Origin: Planctomycetota bacterium
GTDB taxonomy: Bacteria > Planctomycetota > SZUA-567 > H5-PLA8
NCBI GenBank assembly: GCA_045863855.1
Contig: BTVV01000160.1
Location: 1-12,484, forward strand
Reading direction: 5' to 3'
DNA: 12,484 nt
Shown here: positions 6,407 to 12,484 of the stretch, one piece after another
Layout of the letters: each line of letters begins with the position of its first letter
How positions within the stretch are numbered: the first letter of the stretch is position 1
Program-made: the position numbers and the translations under genes
The notes under the pieces: generated by a model
Seen by the model: only the letters and a program-made list of their open reading frames with translations
What the model was told of the DNA's origin: nothing
Database searches by the model: none

Positions 6407-8575
6407 TTACTCCAAGTGAATTTCCGTTTTGTAGTTACCGCGATCAACTTTCCAAGAGACCTTTGATATGACTGTGCGGACGGGCATGGGGCGTCGTCCT
6501 TCAATGCCTATAGGTATAAGCTCTTTTACGGCCTGACCGGCACGGTAGCTGTCAACCAACCAGCCATCGATATGCAATACTCCGTTTTTCTGTAGGCGGC
6601 CCAGTTCATATTGGGTGCGTTTTACGTGGTTGGTCAGGAGCTCTTCATCAGTGGCCAATGCGTCTTCGCGGGAAGTTCGATCTACAGCCTGTTCCGTGCC
6701 GGGTAAGCTCTCAGGGTAAGGCCAAGAGTTCTTGCGTAGCCAAAGCCGATAGAGATTCCCAAGATCAAGGATCTGTGTTCGCTTTAGGCTTGGGTCGATA
6801 CGGTCTTGGTCGGGGAGCCCAGTCAAGACTCCTTTAAAATCGTAACCCGCGTGTGTGTGGTGCGGCATTCCGACTGATGCGGACAGGCGATAATCGGCAG
6901 GAATCGCGAGCGTCATGCGCACTTGCTGTTCGACGATATCATACGGGTCAGCCACGCTTGCATCAAAGGGCTCCCCATTCCAGCGCCAGGATCCGGGCCG
7001 TTCGTTCAGGGGTTCCATGCGAAGCTGGGGGATATAAATGGTCCCGTCGTCCCAAACCTCGTACTGATTCCCTTCGAAGGATGTTGTCCAGCCTCCAGCG
7101 GTGAGAACTTCAACGCGAAGAGGTAAACGCATCACGGAAAAGTCCTCGGCTCCCGAAAGCCAGGAAAGCAACTGAGGGAAAATCGGTCGGCTTTTCTGCG
7201 TCCTTGGAAAATTCTCGAAAGACGTGCCCTCAAGAAAATTCCAGGTCGGATTGATACGCCAAGCGCAAAGAACCTTGGGATATTTCATCCCGGCGCGAAT
7301 AAGGCCTAGGGCATCAGGTTCATTCATTTCGCCCCAGAATCGGCGAAACCCTTCAAATTCTTCAAATGTCCAGCATCGTATGATGTCGCCTCCTGCAGAC
7401 GATGCCCTACGCTCGATCATTACTCGGTCACCGCAACCCACGATTTGGGTTGCGATGTTCCGCGCGGATTCGTTGTAGTGGCCTCCCGACACGACGGGCG
7501 TTGCAAAAGTGGTCTTCGCATTCCCTCCCGCGGCAAAGGGAATCGAGATTCCATCGCGCTCGTAGCGCGTCGACACGGCTTCGAGTACGGCCGTCCAGCG
7601 ATCAATGCCGCTCCCGTCTTGGCTCCAGGCCGGACGTACGTTTACTGCCCAACCTCCGGCCGTCTTTAGAATGCGGTCCATCACATCGAGAAGCGCTAGG
7701 CCGTCCACGGCCATGTCACGCCCTTTTCGGGCAAAGCCAACGGTGTGGTTGTACTGGCCTACCGCGGCGTCGAATGTGAAGATGCTATATGTGTCTAGAT
7801 TACTTGCGAAAGTCTCGGGCCATTCTAGGTGCGCGGGGGAATGCGGCAGCCAGGGCCAGACTAAGCCATCTTCGGACTCCGGATTAAAGTCGGGTCCATA
7901 GTGTGTGCGGAAGTATTCGAAGATAAACCCAATCGTCCAATTTGTAGCGACATCGGTCGGCCGGGTGTCAGGATCGGGTACAGGCGCATCGGCGGCGCGG
8001 CCGTAGTCGGGATGAACGCTGAAGCACGGCTTCCCGTTCGCATCGAAGATGCAGTTCGGGCGTCCACCGGGATTGAAATGGGGCATCTCGCCCATTTCGA
8101 ATCGAGCGTAACCCGTCTGCGGATCGCGGACGTACCGGCCCTTGATCCGAACTTCCTCCAGGTCGTACCGATCATCCAACAATCGCACGCTCAGGCCGTC
8201 GTTGTCTTTATCGTGGGCAACGTCCACGATCTTCCCGATGAATGAGTAGTTTTCGAACTTTCCTTTCACGACCTTGGCGATGGCCATTCGGCGACCAAGC
8301 AATAAGTCTTTCATGGGTCCGTCGGGATTGAATGCTACCGTGTTCATACGATGATCTAATTCGCCGGCATTGGTTCGAATCGAGATACGCGCTTCTGCGG
8401 GCTCAGCCCCGTACTTCTCAATCTCGACGTATTGAACCGTCCAATAGTCCGAGGAAATGGTTGTTGTGCCGGAGGACTCGTCTCCTTCAACAACAGGCAC
8501 AATGATCATTGCGCGGAGCTGCGTTGCTCGTTTATCCACAACTCCGGCATTTTCGATGATTACATTTGCAGACAT
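6407..8575 (-). CDS. Phage-related protein, putative baseplate hub/tail-tip protein (Mu gp44/P2 gpD/T4 gp27-like architecture), about 722 aa
   Basis: Long clean ORF with GGAGG (8590-8586) 10 nt before ATG 8575. The N-terminal pattern FIGKIVDVAHDKDNDGLSVRLLDDRYDL and the C-terminal pattern GVLHIDG..YRAGQAV..VRTVISKVSWKVDRGNYKTEIHLE resemble the two ends of baseplate hub proteins. The CDS is well supported; the function is inferred. Confidence 0.55.
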   Translation of the reverse strand: MSANVIIENAGVVDKRATQLRAMIIVPVVEGDESSGTTTISSDYWTVQYVEIEKYGAEPAEARISIRTNAGELDHRMNTVAFNPDGPMKDLLLGRRMAIAKVVKGKFENYSFIGKIVDVAHDKDNDGLSVRLLDDRYDLEEVRIKGRYVRDPQTGYARFEMGEMPHFNPGGRPNCIFDANGKPCFSVHPDYGRAADAPVPDPDTRPTDVATNWTIGFIFEYFRTHYGPDFNPESEDGLVWPWLPHSPAHLEWPETFASNLDTYSIFTFDAAVGQYNHTVGFARKGRDMAVDGLALLDVMDRILKTAGGWAVNVRPAWSQDGSGIDRWTAVLEAVSTRYERDGISIPFAAGGNAKTTFATPVVSGGHYNESARNIATQIVGCGDRVMIERRASSAGGDIIRCWTFEEFEGFRRFWGEMNEPDALGLIRAGMKYPKVLCAWRINPTWNFLEGTSFENFPRTQKSRPIFPQLLSWLSGAEDFSVMRLPLRVEVLTAGGWTTSFEGNQYEVWDDGTIYIPQLRMEPLNERPGSWRWNGEPFDASVADPYDIVEQQVRMTLAIPADYRLSASVGMPHHTHAGYDFKGVLTGLPDQDRIDPSLKRTQILDLGNLYRLWLRKNSWPYPESLPGTEQAVDRTSREDALATDEELLTNHVKRTQYELGRLQKNGVLHIDGWLVDSYRAGQAVKELIPIGIEGRRPMPVRTVISKVSWKVDRGNYKTEIHLE

Positions 8576-8593
8576 AAGAAACATTCCTCCAGC

Positions 8594-8631
8594 CACTGGC
8601 GCCCGGTGTCGTTAATCACCGGGCGCCAGTG
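8594..8631. repeat. Perfect 15-bp inverted repeat immediately upstream of the hub-like gene RBS
   Basis: CACTGGCGCCCGGTG (8594-8608), loop TCGTTAAT, CACCGGGCGCCAGTG (8617-8631). Confidence 0.9.
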
Positions 8632-8789
8632 CAATCCGCTTTACCTCGCGGCTAAGGGCTAGGGCCTTGGTGGAGATTTCCAATCCCAAGCTGCGGGAGT
8701 TATGGGCGCCTGCCATCGCGATTGCTCGCGGGGGGCGCGCCTCACCCAAGCCACGTCCCGCTTGGCTGGGTTCTTGCCCCCGGAAGTTC

Positions 8790-9920
8790 TTACGAATTGA
8801 CTAGCGCGGGCGTCGGTGCAGCGGGCGGCGCTGGTGGCGCTTCCATCATGTGCCCACAGGAAATGCAGATGACTTTTTCGGGATTCTCAACGCTCTTTGC
8901 CAGGTGGCGCGACCAACAAGGCGAACGGGAACAATGCGGCTTGCCGTCCGCTCCGATCAAGACCTTGTTGATATCGGGCTCTGCGTAGGCCGCGCGCCGC
9001 GCTTCGGGCGGCGTGATGGTCTGGTGGGAGATTCCGATATTGGCGAAGGCGCTGGGTGGCGTATTGGGTGGGGCGTCCTGGGACATTCCACAAACGGAGC
9101 ACACCAGGGCTCCGCCCTCTGTATTTCGGCGCTGAAGCTTCCGCGACTGGCAAGATTTCCCCGCACAGCGCAAGGTTCCGTCTGCGTGCATCGTCGCCAG
9201 TTGATGGCTGGAAGGGGTCTCCACTGCGCCAGCGGCTTCCATCGCTCTGGCCTCGATAGCACGGATCCCATGGCGTTCCAGGGCGCTGATTTCGTTCGTA
9301 TGTTCGGAAAGCGCCGCGCGCAGGTCATGCAGCGTGGGCTTGGCCTTCCACATATTTTCGCTGGCGGCCTGCGCAATGAGTGCATGATCGACCGCCCAGG
9401 CATGGGGAACGGTCGCGCTATCTCGAAGCGCGAGCATTTGCAAAGAGAGTGTGGACAGCAGCGGATGGGTGCTCTTCGTCAGAGCCGGTTCGACCAACGC
9501 TTCACAGCCCAGCTTGGCCAGCGCTACAGCCAGGCCGGCAAGGTGAAAGGCTGCCTGCTTGGCCCACTTCGCGCGCTCGGCGGCGAGTTCGGCTCCCCGC
9601 TTTTCGAGCTTCGTGCGTCGGGCGTTCAACTCTTCTTCGGCAGCCTGATGCAGCGCTTGGCGCGTGGCTTCGATGGCGGTTTCGAGCGACTCCAGTTCCT
9701 CTTCCAGGACGGCTTGATCTTTGGCAAGAGCCTTGAGCTGGCTTTCGTCGGCTTTACGCCCCAAGATCGATTCGACGCGCAACGACCTGGCGTCGTCGCG
9801 CAAGGCGTCTAGTGTCTCGGTCTTTTTTCTGCGGATTTCCTCCAGGGACTTCAGCCGCGCAGCAACAGCGGCGGGTGTGGAGGACTCTCCGCGAATTAAG
9901 GAAATGAGTTTGTCGAACAT
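8790..9920 (-). CDS. Coiled-coil protein with two tandem C4 zinc-ribbon-like repeats, 376 aa (hypothetical)
   Basis: RBS AAGGAG (9936-9931) 10 nt before ATG 9920 (ORF track over-extends to 10091). N-terminal ~125 aa are heptad-rich. The C-terminus has two CX4C-X16-CX2C motifs. Confidence 0.75.
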   Translation of the reverse strand: MFDKLISLIRGESSTPAAVAARLKSLEEIRRKKTETLDALRDDARSLRVESILGRKADESQLKALAKDQAVLEEELESLETAIEATRQALHQAAEEELNARRTKLEKRGAELAAERAKWAKQAAFHLAGLAVALAKLGCEALVEPALTKSTHPLLSTLSLQMLALRDSATVPHAWAVDHALIAQAASENMWKAKPTLHDLRAALSEHTNEISALERHGIRAIEARAMEAAGAVETPSSHQLATMHADGTLRCAGKSCQSRKLQRRNTEGGALVCSVCGMSQDAPPNTPPSAFANIGISHQTITPPEARRAAYAEPDINKVLIGADGKPHCSRSPCWSRHLAKSVENPEKVICISCGHMMEAPPAPPAAPTPALVNS

Positions 9921-9974
9921 GGTATCGATTCTCCTTTGCAATGGGCGCCTTATGCGGTGCCTTCTAATACCGCG

Positions 9975-9999
9975 GCCCCGCCGTACTTCTGGGCGGGGC
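9975..9999. repeat. GC-rich hairpin between capsid and coiled-coil genes
   Basis: GCCCCGCC (9975-9982) pairs with GGCGGGGC (9992-9999), 9-nt loop, 24 nt after the capsid stop. No U-tract on the minus strand, so mRNA stabilisation or processing is more likely than termination. Confidence 0.5.
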
Positions 10000-10023
10000 G
10001 ACGGCTCCGAGCATCGGCAGTGC

Positions 10024-11391
10024 TTACGCGCCGGCGTTTTTGTGTATCCGGCGCCAATCCATGGCCTTTGCGGCGCATGCGAGGTGCGCACGGAAATCTA
10101 CCGAGAGCCTTTCGAAGGAGGGCATGGAGTCCATTACCGGTTCCTGCTGCCCGCTCAGGAAACAAACCTCGGCGGCGCCTTCGCCGTTCTCCCCGCCCGT
10201 GGCGAGGTACCAGGCCGTGGTGGAAACGTTCCCATGGAAACCGGTCTGGCTGAGACGCGGCTCCACTTCCACCTGGAACTTGTTTTTGAAAAACTGGTTT
10301 TCCGAGACGAAGAGGTTCGGATTGGCCAGGGTGTTCGCGAGGTATTCCAACTCGGGCGGGACGAGTAAGATTTTCGGCTCCACGTCGAGCGGTTCCGCCG
10401 CGAATTCTGTATCGTTCGGCGCCGGGGTGTTCGCCTGCTTGCGGAAGTCCGAGATGGCCACCGGCAAGCTGGTCGCGCTGAGGACCGAACCGGGGGTACC
10501 GGTGCGTAAGTTGCCGTGGTCGCCATGGAAAAGCGCGGTTCCATCGCTCATCGTCGGGTTGGCCAGTAAATGGGAATAGATCAGCCTGGCCGGGAGCACG
10601 TTTCCCGCTTTGCCGAATGGTCGAATCATGCGCTTCAGGGCTTCCAAGTCATCATTGATCATCATTTGAAGCGTGAAGCTGATCCGGCGCGCATAGACGG
10701 CGAGCGCAAAGGTTTCGGCGCGGTCGCTGAGTTTGGAATCGAAGATTTCCCCGTTCTCGCCCGTCTCGCGCAGCTGCGCGAAGTCCGAAAGCTGAACGCG
10801 TGAATTGGTTTTGAAGTCCTCGGCGCTGGTAACGGTCGCCCAGCTGCGCCAGGTTGGGCGCGAGGCGTTGTAGCCTTCCATCAGCGCCTTGTTGGCCAAT
10901 GCGGAAAGCAGGTTGGGCAGGTCCCCGCTGGCGTTGGCTGCGGCGGCTCGGTATTGAAAATTGGGGCTGAGGACTTCGCGAACGGCGTCGGACGGTGCCA
11001 ATCGCCACGGGGTGTATCCTGCGGAACGAAGCATCTCCTGGCACATTTCGGGGAGACGAAGGCGCATCGGCTCGATGCCGTCGCCGCTGGTGTCGTGCCT
11101 GTAGCCAGCGCGCGCGACAAGGCCACGCTGCATGGCCGTGAATTTCCGCTCGGCGCGGCTGGGTCCTACTTCAAAGTCTCGCATGGGTGGTTCCTTTCTG
11201 AATGCGGTGTTTAAACGCCGCTTTTTGGGTTTCGGATTGTGGTCGCGCATGCGCGCTGGCTTTGGTTCGTCGTCGTCAGGTTCGGCCGGTAAGGGAGTCG
11301 GCGGCACGGCGCCTGGGGGAATGTTTCTCCCGGCGCTGCTTTCTGGCGTGACAACGCGGGTTCGGAGTGGTTTGGGCTGGAACTCTTTCAT
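10024..11391 (-). CDS. Phage major capsid protein (HK97 fold; Mu gpT-like / capsid moiety of ClpP-capsid fusions), 455 aa, or 386 aa from the alternative start at 11184
   Basis: Family motifs SGDLPNLLSALANKALMEGY, TWRSWA...DFK, GENGEI, ETFALAVYARRISFTLQMMINDDL, NPTMSDGTALFHGDHGNL, PKILLVPPELE, VEPRL, TAWYL and AKAMDWR. Confidence 0.9.
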   Translation of the reverse strand: MKEFQPKPLRTRVVTPESSAGRNIPPGAVPPTPLPAEPDDDEPKPARMRDHNPKPKKRRLNTAFRKEPPMRDFEVGPSRAERKFTAMQRGLVARAGYRHDTSGDGIEPMRLRLPEMCQEMLRSAGYTPWRLAPSDAVREVLSPNFQYRAAAANASGDLPNLLSALANKALMEGYNASRPTWRSWATVTSAEDFKTNSRVQLSDFAQLRETGENGEIFDSKLSDRAETFALAVYARRISFTLQMMINDDLEALKRMIRPFGKAGNVLPARLIYSHLLANPTMSDGTALFHGDHGNLRTGTPGSVLSATSLPVAISDFRKQANTPAPNDTEFAAEPLDVEPKILLVPPELEYLANTLANPNLFVSENQFFKNKFQVEVEPRLSQTGFHGNVSTTAWYLATGGENGEGAAEVCFLSGQQEPVMDSMPSFERLSVDFRAHLACAAKAMDWRRIHKNAGA

Positions 11392-11942
11392 GGAATCGAC
11401 TCTACGTTCGTTTTTGTGGGGTGATGCAAAAGGCTGCGCGAAGGCTGCAAAATGCCGCGGTCGGGCTCTTCGATTTCGTCAACGAGGTACCATTTACCGC
11501 CGGGGGCCGGCAGGGCAGGAAGCGTTTTGTCTCGGAGCGCTCGCGCGACGGTTCGTTCGTGCTGTCCCCGCTCCCTGGCAATTTGCTTGATGCTTTTGGC
11601 CTGCCTATTCGCGCGATCTACGGTGGCAGCAGTGGCGCCGGCGTCGGTTACCTGGATGTAGTGTGGCTCCTTCTCGCCTATGCGCTCAAGCCATCGCATT
11701 CTGAAGGCGAGTTCCCAGGCTTCGGCGAGCAGCATTTCGTAGGCTGCACGGGTGTTGGGCTCGGCGAGGCGAAAATAGTTTTCCAGCCATTCCTTGACGA
11801 ACTCTTCCCGCGGCGGGTCCAGAACGGCGCGGCCCTCCAGCTTCGCATTGATAGGCAGGAAGAGCACGTTACGAACGATCCGGCGCGCGCGGTCCAGGAC
11901 GGGCGCGCGAAGCCATTCAAAGTAAGCTCGGTCTGTATCCAT
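11388..11942 (-). CDS. DNA-binding protein with C-terminal excisionase/MerR-like (HTH_17-type) winged helix, 184 aa
   Basis: KSIKQIARERGQHERTVARALRDKTLPALPAPGGKWYLV fits the Xis/AlpA-like HTH plus wing pattern. Starts 6 nt after the upstream stop; its stop overlaps the capsid ATG (ATGA). Confidence 0.6.
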   Translation of the reverse strand: MDTDRAYFEWLRAPVLDRARRIVRNVLFLPINAKLEGRAVLDPPREEFVKEWLENYFRLAEPNTRAAYEMLLAEAWELAFRMRWLERIGEKEPHYIQVTDAGATAATVDRANRQAKSIKQIARERGQHERTVARALRDKTLPALPAPGGKWYLVDEIEEPDRGILQPSRSLLHHPTKTNVESIP

Positions 11943-11948
11943 GTTCTG

Positions 11949-12484
11949 CTACTTGCCCAATGCCTTCACTAGGCGTTCGGCTTCGACATGGTTGATCGGT
12001 TGATCTTCCAGCTTGCGTGCGCGCCCTGCCAATAGCTCTGCGTTTTGCCCAGCGGCTATTCGGCGGTGGAATTCTTCATCCACGCATCGCTGGAGCGCCC
12101 GGTTTCCGGGCGCCTCAAAGTTTCCCAGGCGGCTATCAAACGCAATCCAGATTGCCCCGTCCACGAACTGGTAAACCCATTGTGGCGGCGGGCGCCGTCG
12201 CTTCGTAGGCGGTGGCGGTGGTGTTTTCGCGGTACGGCTAGCCAGATTGATCGGCGCTTCGTCCGCGTGGGGGATACCGTCTCGGCGGTGGCTGTGGTGG
12301 TGGATTATTCGCGTGGGTTGGGCGTGAATTTCCATGCTCTGCACGGGCGGCGAGCTATCAACCGGTGGGGCTGGCGCCGGCCGGACCGTCGAGGTGGCAG
12401 CGGAACGGAACGGCATCGGAACGGAAGTGCCGATTTCACGCGGCGTGACTCGCGGAAACGCCGTGAGTTGCACGCCTGCGGACT
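11949..12484 (-). CDS. Hypothetical Pro-rich protein, probably 5'-truncated by the window edge
   Basis: The frame is open from the window edge to the TAG at 11949. It is co-oriented and tightly packed with the downstream gene. A disordered Pro-rich region precedes a ~75 aa folded-looking C-terminus. Confidence 0.55.
   Translation of the reverse strand, partial: SAGVQLTAFPRVTPREIGTSVPMPFRSAATSTVRPAPAPPVDSSPPVQSMEIHAQPTRIIHHHSHRRDGIPHADEAPINLASRTAKTPPPPPTKRRRPPPQWVYQFVDGAIWIAFDSRLGNFEAPGNRALQRCVDEEFHRRIAAGQNAELLAGRARKLEDQPINHVEAERLVKALGK

Larger units (their letters stand above)
6306..12484 (-). mobile_element. Integrated phage-related element (satellite-like or remnant prophage) inserted in tRNA-Gly(CCC); continues beyond the window
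   Basis: Truncated tRNA at the border, arm-type repeats, a visible drop in GC and change in codon usage after 6305, and a co-oriented gene block containing a major capsid gene and a Xis-like HTH gene. No integrase is present in the window. Confidence 0.8.

Noticed and set aside
6224..6466. 80-aa plus-strand ORF
   Set aside because: Runs across the tRNA fragment and att repeats, has a TTG start without an RBS and shows no coding features.
8850..10579. Plus-strand ORFs 8850-9812, 9721-10368 and 10040-10579
   Set aside because: Antisense to the coiled-coil and capsid genes, which have RBS and motif support.
10024..11391. Encapsulin nanocompartment interpretation of the lone HK97-fold gene
   Set aside because: Motifs match phage capsids of the gpT/ClpP-fusion type, no cargo enzyme is adjacent, and the gene lies inside an att-bounded element.

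Overview
The window has two parts. Left (1-6139) is GC-rich host DNA whose gene families suggest Planctomycetota (inference). It holds an ECF sigma factor coupled to a membrane-anchored anti-sigma-like protein with a prenyltransferase/squalene-cyclase-repeat barrel, and a divergent pair of paralogous membrane-anchored coiled-coil/beta-barrel/BRCT-like proteins. At 6267-6305 a tRNA-Gly(CCC) gene with an intact-looking promoter breaks off just after the anticodon loop and is followed by integrase-arm-like direct repeats, marking the left end of an integrated element. The element (about 6306 to beyond the window, all genes on the minus strand) encodes, in transcription order: a Pro-rich hypothetical, a Xis/MerR-like HTH protein, a protease-less HK97-fold major capsid protein, a coiled-coil protein with a tandem C4 zinc-ribbon repeat, a densely structured intergenic region, and a lone baseplate-hub-like protein. 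No terminase, portal, neck, tail tube or tape measure gene is visible, so it looks like a compact phage-satellite-type element rather than a complete prophage. Family calls come from motif recognition by eye, not database searches.
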